Source: Antedon mediterranea (Eukaryota; Animalia; Echinodermata). Taken from it: a DNA stretch of 64,000 nt. The DNA is taken from the NCBI RefSeq assembly GCF_964355755.1, contig NC_092677.1:11120101-11184100 (forward strand), given 5' to 3'. The notes beneath the pieces are model-generated. The model did no database searches and had not been told where the DNA came from. It was given only the letters and a program-made list of their open reading frames with translations. Shown piece after piece: positions 27,780 to 41,500 of this stretch. The translations under genes were made by a program, and so were the position numbers. Each line of letters opens with the position of its first letter. Position 1 is the stretch's first letter.

Positions 27780-30700
27780 TTAGCAGTTCTGATAAGCACA
27801 TTTGCAACCACACCCTGTAGGACATACAGCCTCCTCTTTAAACCACTCCAGCATGTGTGAGGTGTGACCACCATGCCCACAAGTAAGGCAAAAATTGGAA
27901 GAACCTAATTACAACAGAAAATGAAAATACAAACAACATTAGAATTGGCTACTGAGACTGAGAATAGATAGATAAGTTGCTTTATAAGAGCCAGAATTAG
28001 ATTAGAAGAGTTAATCTTATCCTGAACATGCCATTGATAAATTAAAGTACTATGATTTTAATATTGCTAAAATTAATCGGGTATATTTTGTCACAGACTG
28101 AACATTTGTGAAGAGTAAAACTGTCTATGCAAAGTATGTACCAATAGATTTAAAAAACAGTGTCTTTTACTTTAATCGCTCGCTATAGATGAATGTTGTC
28201 AACAAGTAGATCACAACCCAAGAGTTCTACTTGGTAAGGTTTTGTATAATATTATATAAAAAATACAAATTTCAGTTTACTTGTTGACAATGGCATTTTG
28301 TATATAATAATTAACACCTGTTAGGGGTATTCCTTGAATAGCAGTTTGCCGTATTGTTAAACGTACATTATTACCCCTTGTTCACTTCTCAGGAAAGAAT
28401 TCCCTTAATAGACGTGTCCTCTGAATATGGATGTCCACTGAGGAGAGTCCCAAAAGAGGGTTTTTTACTGTACAAGTATGTTTCTGGATTAAAGTATGGG
28501 TACTTACCTTTGACAGCCACATGGCATATTGCACAACTAAATGAAAACCAGCGACAGTCATCACACTGTATAGAAAACACTCTTTTCTGACAATGCTGGC
28601 AAGTAATACCAAAATTCACAAACTCTGTATATACAAGTACAATTAATTTAAATGCGGCAACATATTGGATTAGGTGCGATTATTTTATCTGGCTATAAGG
28701 GGATGCTGATCTAGCCCATAGGATGCTTATAGCCCTGGGGATGCTGATCTCGCCCTAGGGATGCTTATCTGGCCATGGGAATGCTTATCTGGCTCTGAAG
28801 ATGTTGATCTAGCCCATAGGATGCTGATCTAGCCCTGAAGATGCTTATCTCGCCCCGGAGATGCTGATCTCGCCCTGGGGATGCTTATCTAGGCCAGGGG
28901 ATGCTGATCTCGCCCTGGGGATGCTTATCTAGGCCAGGGGATGCTGATCTCGACCTGGGGTTGCTTATTTAGCCCTGGGGTGCTGATCTAATTTTGAGGA
29001 TGTATCTAGCTCTTAAAATGCTTACCTAGTCCTGAGGATGCGGGTGGAGGATGTGTGAGGTAGTTCAATACATCAGCTCTAGCTTCCATTATGTTCCATC
29101 GGTAAAGAATCTCAGCATAAACACTCTTGAACTCATCATATTGCCGCAGCTTGTTCTCATCTAATAACCTACGTAAAATACACACATAGTTTTATCTTTA
29201 GCTCTGTATACACTTTGACAACAAAATGTGATGTACCTATATATGGATATGATGATGTCATATCACTACTATATTTGGGGATATCACTACCATATTTGGC
29301 CACATAACACTTTTTGATAGTGTAGACAGAGCTTAAGAATATTTCTTGTAAATATATTACAGTATTTTCAGTACTTAAAAATTATCCTTTCTGTGATTTT
29401 AATATCTTCATTGTTATAAGTTCTCACAATCATCATGTTGATTATCACATAAGTACAGTAGTCAGTGTCTTAGCAGTCTTTCACAGTTGGTTTTGAATTT
29501 TGATTTATTTCCTATTTTATTTGTATTTTTTATTTTTTTTATTTAATTAAATAAAATTGATTATACAGTTAATTACTTTGATTTTTCATTATGTTCCCTT
29601 GTCTCAATCTCATAAAAGTTCTTATAATTGAATTTGTAGTCGTCTGGTGACTCAGGGAGCCAACCTGAGCCGTAGTCGCCATCTGGTTGCCAATCAGAAG
29701 TGAAGATTGGATCATAGCTACTTTGCACCATGTACTTGCCAGCTGACTAAAAAGAAGAGAAATACATTTCAAACTGATCATAAAAATAATGAAGTAAAGT
29801 AAAACTACACCATCAACTTTATGTGCCCATTATTATGTGAACATGATTATGTCATATCACTACCATATTTGGGAACATCACACCTTTTTTAAACTAGTTT
29901 GAGGTTAGGATTGACCTCAGGGTTTGTGGTACACAATATGTTTCCAAAAAGGATGTAGAGTGAAGTTGAGAATTTTTGGACACTTCTACAGCTCTGTCTA
30001 CACTATCAAACTAGTTTGAGAAAAAATGTTTCCAAATATGGTAGTGATATGACATCATCATGTCCATATATGGACACATCACATTTTTTTGTCACATAAA
30101 GTTTGATAGTGTAGACAAAAGCTTTACATATGTGTGCTTAATTACCAATAAGATGAAGTCATCACTTGATGTTGACCTTTTAAAGTCACGCCTTTTATTT
30201 CTGTGTTGCGCCACCTGATTGGTCGGAGTAGCTCTTGACCCAAATGTACAGCAAATCATAGCTAATGTTTGTACATCATGTATTGAACTATAATATTCAA
30301 TCCTGAATGATCAAAACAGAGATATAAGTCAGACAACAGATATATTCAAATTTGTAAGATTTATTTTATGCTTAGATTAAGAATCGATTGATGAATTACA
30401 AATACATTTTACTCACAAAGAAGAAAGCAATTTACGGCCAAAGGGATGAGCTCCCCATGGTATTCCAACATCAACGTTTTCATCAGGTATCAGCGTGGAA
30501 TCTGTTGATAATGATGCCAAAGACCAAACCTGAAAGATGAATTAAAACATGTGAATACATTCAACACAGATCAACTTTCTTGCCAACTAAGTGATATGCT
30601 CACATATACAGTGAATGGCCATAACATCGGCAAGGGTTCGAGGTGCAAGCGCTCCATGGTTCTTGTTGTAGAACAAGTCTTCTTGGATAAGGACTATAAA

Positions 30701-31594
30701 GCGTAGGTCCAGTGTACACATCTAGCTCATGTGCACTTTAAAAAACCTAGTACATCAAGTAGGAGATCACCCCGGTGTACTAGTACATCACAGCCACTGA
30801 TAATAACTGGGCCCTCTGGAAGACCAGTCTTTGACTGAAGAGGTCATCCAGTATAAATAAATAATTAACAAAAATAAATAACAAACAGACACACATAACT
30901 TATTTTTATTTGATGTCTTTAGGCACATGTGGCCAAGGATTACCAACAGTAAATGAATCACTGCCCTAACCCACATGGTACAGGGGCTATTTTGTAAAGC
31001 ATTTGACCAGGGTAACACCCTACTCATCTTGAATGATGAACTGGGTTATTTAAAGTGAACACGGGTGAACTGTGTACACTGGACCTACGGTTTATAGTCC
31101 TTATACCAGACCTAGTAGCAAGTTGGTATAATGAGAGTATTACTATATTTTGCAAGCAATAATGTAAAACAATATCTACCTGTACTAGATCATCTCTTCC
31201 TACTTCCTTTGCAGCTTGGGCGTTCATACTGCACATTCGTGGAATGTCGATGGTCTGTAGTCTAAAATAAAATATTTATCAAACATGAAGGTAATAAAAA
31301 CGTATATTGGTGCGCTAGAACCACTGCAAATACAACCCAGTATATTAACTATTGTATTAACTATTGTAGAGTGGAGTTGTGGCTTGGTGGTTATGATGCT
31401 TGGCTACCACTCCAAGGGTCCTGGGTTCAAATCCCGTCAGGATTTTTTCAAAGGACTAAATTACAACTCCACTCCCAAAGACTTGTAATAAGACTTTGTT
31501 TATGTAAAGCATCTTGTATATAGTGTTTGTCTTGTGAACCTCTGAGGGTCCCTAATGATCAGCAATAGCTGGATGGATCACCCTCATTAAATAT

Positions 31595-31630
<36 letters not shown>

Positions 31631-32472
31631 CTCCTGAACATTAGCCTGCTGTTCACACCCATTCCACCACCGCAGAACACCTTGTACACAGAAGCATTTC
31701 CTGTTTAACTTTGTAAAGTGCCTTCGAACATTATTTTTATGGATACCGGCGATATATAAGTCTCATAGGCGTCGCTTTCGATGCCCGGCATGTAGAACAA
31801 ACCGAAAAAGAAATTTGTTTTTGGCAAGTGGCCATCCGACTCTTAAATTCTTGAACTTTGACTCTTGTTATATTGTACTGTGTATTGTGATATTTTGTAT
31901 ATTTTGTAAGATCATTTTAATCCAGACCTTTTTATTTGAATTGCCCCATGTGGGATGAGTAAAGAATTTTGAATTGAATTGAATTGATTGATGTCTTCCC
32001 CAAAGCAAGTATCATAGATTGAATACCTAATAAATTGAGTAGTAACAGTGTTAACACTTACATATATGTTTCAGCTAATTTGCGATGAATAGGAAGAAGC
32101 CCAGACACATTGTGTAAAACAACAGATCCGTGTCGGAATTGCTTGGAACTTGAATCTGAGCCTTTTCTTTTGGATTTGAAACCTTTCGGTCGTTTCTGAA
32201 AAAAATAATAATTGGCTTAATTACATATATCATATATATAAAAAAAAATGCCTTTATAACTATGCCTTTTGTTTGTTAACATCTTTGATTGGTTGATTTG
32301 TTTTATTATGTAATTTTGTGACTTATATATGTTATCCTTTGTTACAATTCTTTTCACCTGATGATGGGCTATGCCCGAAACATGTCGTTAAAATAAATCT
32401 ATATTGAGGCAGTTTTAACTTATTTGATCTTGATTTTTTTCTATATCCTGCCTATGCAGCTCTTTGATTTAT

Positions 32473-32507
<35 letters not shown>

Positions 32508-35500
32508 AAAGGCAAATTACTGAAAAAAATGACAATGCTGTGGGTATCAGTGGCTGGATCTCAATGGAGATACAAAAATAAAAAGCGAAAAGCTAAATCA
32601 AAACGATAAAGTAAACAGCCAGAAAAGTTAGCAGAGCTTTCGGGCAACACTAGCCCTTATATATATAAGTATGGTAGATACCAATGTTTTGCAATGTAAA
32701 GCCTTGTCTACACTATCAAACTTTATGTGACAAAAAATGTGATGCCCATATATAGACATGATGCTGTCATATCACTACCATATTTGGGCACATCACACTT
32801 TTTGTCAAATAAAGTTTGATAGTGTAGACAGAGCTTTAAAGTAGCAGTAGTAAATCAATATGTATATCGTAGTAAAATACGGTGTCCTTACATTTTCTCT
32901 GAGATTGTAATAGCTACTCAATGATACACTGTCTTGATTAACAGGTTTCTTCTTCAATGGAAGTGAGCCCAATGCTGATAATGCTCTGTTGATGAAATAA
33001 TACTATACATCCTAAAGCAATTATTGTTAGAGCTTTGCTAATACAGGCATCACATGATGTGTGATGTGATGTAACACTGTATCCTAGAATTTGCCTATGA
33101 TACTGTAGACATTTTAGATATAGTAGCGAGAATTAAATTAAGAAGTGTACACATTATATTATTAATTATATTGTGATTAAAAATGTTTTAATAAAAAGTA
33201 TTAATTATACTGTTTTTTTTGTCACAAGAATGATTAAAGATGTATTGTCCCTTGAAACACAAAAAATAAAAAAAAAATATTCTAAATATAAATTGGCCAT
33301 ATCAAAGTAATATTAAAGTTATTCACTTTAATTCGAAAATTCGAGGCAAAAACAACAAGTTTATGTAATTAACAGGTAAATTAATTTGATTACATTTCGT
33401 CTGGAAAATCGTCACAAGCAAAAGTAAACAAAGATTTCAAACCATTAGTATGCATTATGCATGATGCTAATTAGGATTGTTTGCAACTCGTCGCGGTTGG
33501 GAAGGTGTTTTCACACAGATCGCGAAGAAGTTTTATGATTATGCATACAGAGTAGCCAAACAAGCGCGTTGCATTATGAGATATGTTTTGATCGAAAACT
33601 TTGACTGGAAGTCAAAGTTATTTTTTTAACAAAAAAACGTCTGTATTTCGGTTGAATTAGTCAAAGGGACAATACATCTTTAAATGTGTCATCAGTGCTT
33701 TCTAGCTTCTAAAGTAGAACCCTTAACATATATTTCCATTTGTTTGTTTCAGGGGAATGTGTCTCTAAATTACTCAATAACATAATGCTTACTTTGGAGT
33801 TGGTACTTGTTGACTGCTGTTTTTTCTAAACGTACCAGGTCGATGAAAAACAACAAGTTTATCTGAAATCAGAACAAGATTTTAATACTTAGCTTAATTC
33901 TTAACACAGTGCCATATAAACAAGAGGCTTTGCGAATAACTAACAAAGAACTACAGCTCTGACTACACTATCAAACTTTATGTTACAAAAAAATGAGATG
34001 TGCCCATAATATGGACATGATGATGTCATATCACTACCATATTTGGGAATATATCACAACCATATTCAGGCACAATCTAGATTGATAGTGTAGACAGAGC
34101 TTTAATTAAGTCTTTAATTAATACAGTACTAACCTACTCCACAGAATCTGGCACCACATGTTCTTGGAAACGGAATGCATTTATCTGAAAAGCTGTTGTA
34201 CTTGTAATTAGCCTGTGTTGGACTGTACTGGTGTCTATACATACTTGGGCTTCCTACAATGGTTTGTGAGTTAGACTACAAGGATAAATTAAATAATTTA
34301 TCAAAATGACATCATTATGAATAAATTATATTTGTTGATGCATGTATATATATAGTATAATAATAAATAAATGAATGAATGAACAAAAATAAGAATGCAA
34401 TCATTAAAAATTTATTTTTATATAATTAACGTTACTAATCATATCACAATCACAAGGGGAATTAATAGATTTTAGGGCATAATATTTTCTACATAAAACA
34501 ACTACTTTAGTGGAGCTGTAGTTTGGTGGTTAACACGCCTTCCAATCCTAGGGTTTAATCCTGACCAGTGCCACGGTTGTAACTCACAACTCTTTTTCTA
34601 AGCCTCAAATGAGACATAAAGCACGATAAATTATAAAATAGTTTATTCATAATTGGCGAGTTGCTCGCTGTTGGATGCGTATGAAATATAAAAAAACAAC
34701 TTACTGGACTTTGCATGCTCTGTAATGGAATTGATAACTGTTGTAAACAAGCTTCCAGACATGGACGAGATTGCTGGACACACTGGCGACAAGTATCCTT
34801 CAGTGTCTGCAAACATTAGTAATTAAATATTGATATTAAACACTTAAACATAATTTATATTGTATCATAATCTCATAGTCTTCTTGTTGGCTGCAATTGA
34901 TCAGAGTTCGTTGCTCCTTTAGTCATCATTTGACCGGAAAAAGATATACTTTACCAGCACAAAGGGGTATCCCCCACTAGTCAACTCTCCCAGTACTGTA
35001 CACCTTTGGGCTGGTTTCCAGAAAATCTGGCTTTAAAATTAAAATGGTAAAAATTAATTTGGGACATTTTGGAACTTGAGAAAAGTCTGGTTTTGAGAGA
35101 GTTTCCAGTATTGGAAGAGTGGACTGTATATAGTGTTCTGTATGTCTTACCATGGAGGAATGGTCTTACCTTTAAGATTCTAGTCTTTTGCTCTAAATCA
35201 ACTACCGATGATTCATGATACACAAAGATAGGAGGTGTATTATTGGGATACATGGACGGGAATGTAACCAATATTTTTACAGCTGCATTGTGCGAAACAA
35301 GTGTACAACTTCGGTTTCCTATATCCATCTGAAAGAAAAGTTTTATAAAATGTCCAACTTTTTTGATTGATATTTTTCTTTGGCAAGCACGGCTAAAGAC
35401 ACTTTCAATGACACTGGGCATGGGAAGATTAACTTTAAATAGTCAGAGATTTCAATCAATCAACAATCTCTCTCCACTGTATTTCCATGAAAACAAACAC

Positions 35501-38500
35501 ATGACAATGCCTAAAAGAAGCATCAGTATCAGCAGTGGCGTAATGGATATGATTGCTCACTGGCTAAACCTGAGAGCTGAAATGGGCCCCAGTCCATGAG
35601 TAGCCTCAATGCAACTACTCAGCCTTGTACAGCCCCCTTAAGAGTTCTAAACATGGGGGCCTTTTCGTCCTGATTTTCAGTAAATACAATTTAAATTTAT
35701 GACCAAAATTATCTCACTTACTTTCTCCACATGTGGCATCTTAGTGTTACTCGATATCTGTGAATTTGTTATTTTAATGAATTCCTGTTGCAGCGACATG
35801 GAATGTGTGGAGATCTCAGTGTCGATAGATGAACTATGCTCTGATGGTGTCTCGTCTGATCTTGTTGGAGTGCCATGCACACTTGTGTCTTCCTCTGTGC
35901 CATTGGTTGAAAGTGGCACGGATTCTGATAGGGTGTTATGAACCAGAGTGTCAACATCAACACCGCAGTACTAAATAAAACATTCACGTTCAATTCAAAA
36001 TATTTATACAAAATATATTTCTTTTTTTACCAATTATATATAATTTATTTTTGTATATTTGAAATCAAAAAATATTTTAGTAATCATACTGTATTTATAA
36101 AAAATATATTTCTGTTTTAACCAATTTGTGTCTACTTTTTTGTTGTATGTTTGAAATAAAAAATATGTTAATACTGTAATAATATGAATATATTGAGGCG
36201 CTCTTTATCAAAAGTTCTTGAAGATGGGTTTTAAGAACAGATTTTAACTGTTTCAATGTAGAAGAATTACGTATACAATGAGGTATTGGATTCCAAGGAA
36301 AGGTGCCGCAGCAGAAAATGCTCTGTGAAATGGACCATGTTTGTTTTAGGCACAAAACAAATATGATTACAGTAGGTGTATAAAGACATTAATGTTAATA
36401 TGGGTTATGATGGCATTTCCAACACAGCAACATAAAAAAATCAGTACAATTATTACATACCCTCTGTATATTTGTGTCGATCTTCCAGATAATCAGGTGT
36501 TGATCACGTGACCAAGTAACAAGCTGATGGTCAGATGAATCTATTAATGAAAATTTATTTATTTATTTTTTTTTATTTCATCTAACAGTGAGTAACTCGG
36601 CAATTAAAGGATGGATAAACTATTTTTTTATTTATCATTCTTATAAATATCATATATAAGTCTCATTTGGGGCTTAGGGAGTCAAGTTGAGTCGTGAGTT
36701 AAAACCCTGGAACTAGGTGCAGATTGAACCCTGGACCTTGGGATTGGAAAGAAAGGTCCACTACAAGACATATGTCACTAAATCTAATAATGTCAAAATG
36801 TAAAACTATGGGTTAATGAGGGTGAATAGATTCGTACAACAAGGTATTATTCACTACGAGTGAGTAAGTGAATATGAGTTAGGTCGCAGATGTAGAAGAA
36901 AAAATAAAACCACTACTCATGAAGAGAAGGGTGCATGAATACAAACTAACCATCTTGTTTATGTCGCCATTGAAAATCAAGAACAACATCCCTATGGCCT
37001 TGGAAGACATGCACTGGTTGGTGTGGTGTGCTACGACTCCAGAGTACTACAGTATTCTCATCTCGAAGCTGAGGTACAGTTGCTGTTATTATACCATCGC
37101 CAAAGGGCTATATCAGGATAGAAAAATAGGTAAAATTATTTGGCATTGCACACTAAAAGCCTAGTAGACTACAGCATGAGAGACTCTATTAAATTGATGA
37201 AGAGTGTATGTTCTTCAACCAGACCAACAGAATAACTGCATAAAGCGAATTGTTCGACGTGAACATGGACACATTTTAATAACTAAGAATACAGGCAGAC
37301 AATCAGTCTGTTATGCATGTCTACACTATCAAACTTTATCTGACAAAAAAATGTAACGTGATCATATGTGGACACAATGATGACATATCACTACCATATT
37401 TAAGCTCATCACACTTTTTTGTCACACAAAGTTTGATAGTGTAGACAAGGCTTAAGATTTGAGTTTCCTTACCGCATAACAAGCTCTCCAGGCAGGACCT
37501 TTGGTACGCAATTCCTTGTCTGCTTTGTGATTATCTCTCACATCCCAAAACTAAAAACAAAAGAGACAGTTAAAAGTTTAAAAAATAATCTAGACATGTG
37601 CAAACTTCAGAAAAAAAGTCTTTTGTTTATTACTATTTATTTTTAAGCTCTGTCTTCACTATCAAACTAGTTTGACAACAAAAGTGTGATGTGCCCAAAT
37701 ATGGAAGTGATATGCTCAAATATGGTAGTGATATATCATCATGTCCATATATGGCCACACCACATTTTTGTGTCACATAAAGTTTTATAGTATAGACAAT
37801 AGTAATGTTTTTTTTTCAAAAAAAAAAAAATATTACTTTAACAAGTCCATCTTGACTAGAAGTTGCCAGGCTGAATTCATCTGTTGGGTTCCAATCTAGC
37901 CCATGTATCTTTTGTGTGTGAGCTGTTATATATTGTACTGCTGCTTGACTTGTATTCTGTAAAGAAATATAGGTCATATTTAAAAAAAGCCTCGTCAAAA
38001 TGTGTTACTTTAAAGTTTCTGTTCTTGGTTTATTGATTTCTGATTTGTCAGCTAGCTACCTACCCGTTTATCCCACAGTCTAAGATTTCCCTCATGAACT
38101 GTAGCTAGTAAATTAGAGTTTAACTTGTTCCATTTCACTTGTGCGGCACCAACTGCAATGGAAAAGGAAATGTTAGGCCTAAACATTTAACACAAATGAG
38201 GGAGATAAAAATAAATTAAAAATAAATGGCTACCAACCTCTTAATATTTTAACGACAAAAATGTTTAGAATAATTATATGCTATTTTTTTGTTAACTTCA
38301 ACATATTGTGTTTTTTTATTTATTATTATTTTCAAATAAACAAGGCTTGATTGAATGAATGAATTTGGGCATATCACTACCATATTTGGGCACATCACAC
38401 CTTTTTTTTGGTCAAACTAGTTTGATAGTGTAGACAGAGCTCAAAGGAAACTCAATATCCACAGCCTACAGGATAAGTACAGTATATTGATGTTCAATGA

Positions 38501-41500
38501 CATCAGTAATCGAGTGTCCTACTTACAAACAGTTGAGAATGAACCGCACGGCTTTCTTGTGTCTTCCCTAAAGGCAATCAAACGAAGATTAACATTAATT
38601 TAAATATAATGATGAACAATTTGTTGATGTGGCGGGTCTGAGCACTTGAACTCTGACATGATGTACCAACAGTTCAGAGACTCTGAGAAAATTATAACAT
38701 TCCTGTCTCAATGGGAAACCTTTTCATTTTATTTTGCAGAGTCATAATAATCCTATATATTATGGGATTATAAAGCAAAAATAAATACTGTATATTATAA
38801 TGAAAATATCTTTACCTTGTATCCCAGAGAAAAATGTAGGTATCAACCGAGCATGTTGCTAACAGGTTACTTTCAAAGTGAGACCAATCCAGATCACTGA
38901 AACAAGGCAGACATTTGTATACATGTAAATAGGTATAGAAAAACAATTTTTCAGACGTTAACTGCATTTCAGATACATGTCTTGTGGTTTCATAATAGCC
39001 CTCTCACTGCTGTACCTACTGTATGCTAAGCAGCTGGGCAAAATTGATAATAGACAGAGCTTTAAAGTACCTTTATCAGGAAGAAAATAATTAAAATATG
39101 CCATGCAACACATTAAAAACAAATACTTTTGTTATGATAATATATTTTTTATTAATATAATTTATAATATTATTATTATATATTTTATATATTCTTCATA
39201 TATTTACAATATTACACAATCTTAATTATCAAGTGCATAATTACATTTTATTTATCAATTTGGCCAAAAAAATAACAAATAGCTTTATTGTGCCAAGGAG
39301 TGGCAAAAGAGGCAAAGCATTTTGTCTGTGTTTGTAGGTGTGCCACACAACTCTAAAGTTAAGCTCTGTCTATACTCTATCAAACTAGTTCAAATGTGAT
39401 ATGCTCAAATACGGTAGTGATATGACATCATCATGCACATCACATTTTTTGTCACGTAAAGTTTGATAGTGTAGATAGAGCTTTAGTTTTTATTTAAACA
39501 GATACAGATACAGATAACTTTTATTGTCCAAATAAACTGGAAATTGCATTTGCTCACTTATCACATAAAAATATCGTAACTTTTTTCATAGTTCTACGAA
39601 TATTAATAAAGTAGTTTCAGTTAAACAATATTGTCTTTAAAGCGTGGTTCCCACTAGCGACGCAACACAAGGACGTAACGCAACGCAAGTGAATTGACCA
39701 ATCACAAGCGATGGCTTATTCGCTTGTGATTGCTAACTATCTATAACTTCGCTTGTCATTGGTTAAAAACGCTTGCGTTGTGTTTACGTCCTTGCGTTAC
39801 GTTCTAGTGGGAACCAAGCTTTAGATATGCAATAGCAAAAGTCTATCAATTTCATTGACATAACCATTAGTTCAATTACAAAATGTCCAGAGTTGAAAAA
39901 TTTTGAAATGCAACACAAAACTGTACGCTTGTATATATATTAGTTACAATGACAGTCACTTTACAGAAGTAACAAATGTCTTTTTATTATTGCCTCTAAC
40001 TATAAGTGAATTCATAGTTCGCCGCCTGCTGGCTATTGTTTGTGCATAAACTGATGGCCTAGTCCATTTTAAACTTGGTGTAGTTACTTTACCAGCACTT
40101 TCCTCACAGCTTCTTGAGCGAATAAATCTTGTGTTATTTGTACTTACAAATGAATCTACCGATTGTTTTGGTGTATTTGCGAAATCGATTGCGGTCTTCG
40201 GCCTTTGCACAATATGTTTTGAACTGAAACGACTATCAAATTTTGACAGACTCATCTCCCATGGAGTTTTTGCTCTGTGTGCAAACAATTCAGTACCTTT
40301 ATTAACTAATGATTTGTTTTTTGCTCCATTAGTTAAATGTAATCGCTCAGTGTACGATTTTTTTGGCTTACGGAAGCGATCACCTTGCTGGGGTAGATTT
40401 AGCACAGTAGATCTGAAAGATCGCGGTTTAGTCAATCCTGGATCTGAGAGACTACGGAATCTAGATGACGGCAAGAAAGAAGTTTGGGAAAATACAGAGT
40501 TGTCAGAAGAAGTCGTTCCATCAACAGATGAAGAAGATGAATCATGATCATCAACATCATTTGAGAATAAATTATCAAAATTGTCTTTAATGTCAATAGA
40601 TTTTGATTGTTCAGACGTAGCGTTTACTTTATGTTGTCCAAAATCAGACTGTTTATCCAACATTGTAATATTTCTTGCGTATTTTCTACTGCTTACCCTT
40701 TCACCATAGAGAAAGCATGGCATTTTGGTATTTTCACAGTTCTGCAATTCTGATGATATATTTCCACTTGATAGCTTAATACGACTAATTTCTTCACCCA
40801 GCAATCGAAGCTCGTTGTTGGCAACGTGGATCATGTGACGCTCAGCTCGACCAAATAGTTTCATTTGCGCATCTAACCGATTTCCTTCAATAAAATTTAT
40901 GCGTGATGCTTTTTGGAGACGTTGCGATTTAAAGGCACCCTTTTTTGACATCATAAAAATGCTGTAAATTGGCTTGGATTATCCAGTGGTGACATCAAAA
41001 CAGACTGTGCTGGCAAGATAATTATTCTGATGATAGATCTACAGAACCAGTCCTCAAACTTCAATTATTCTATCAATTGCAGATTAATGATGTTTGATTC
41101 AGTACAACATATGACCAAGATATCTTGTTATATCTGTTGAGTAGTGCTGATTAATATAGAACAAATATTGAGCTTGTGGCTTATATAATGCTAATTTGAA
41201 ATGGATTCCTTTTACGAAAGTCCTCACTCAGTCTATCAATCTGCTTCTTTACCTTTACACTGCTAATGGGAAATTTTGTCAAGAACCACTTCTGTGAACT
41301 TTGTATATAGAAACAAAAGCCTTGAATTTGTTTAAAGTAATAATCTTGATTACGACACTCAATGCATACAGAATATTATAGTTGAATAAAAAGTAGCACC
41401 ATTATTACTTCTTTTTTTTTAGTATAAAAATAAGCTGGGAAATATCAAAACATTATTTCAAATGTAAGTACAGTTGTTCATCAAGTCCGAGAGAAAAATT

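Noticed and set aside
28685-29041. CRISPR-like array (also considered for 22364-22695 and 7986-8210)
   Set aside because: No unique spacers, eukaryotic intronic context, no cas genes.
40131-40547. 138-aa plus-strand ORF and other ORFs antisense to the nested genes, WDR59 exons and the ZNF gene
   Set aside because: Shadow frames of real coding sequence with no independent evidence.
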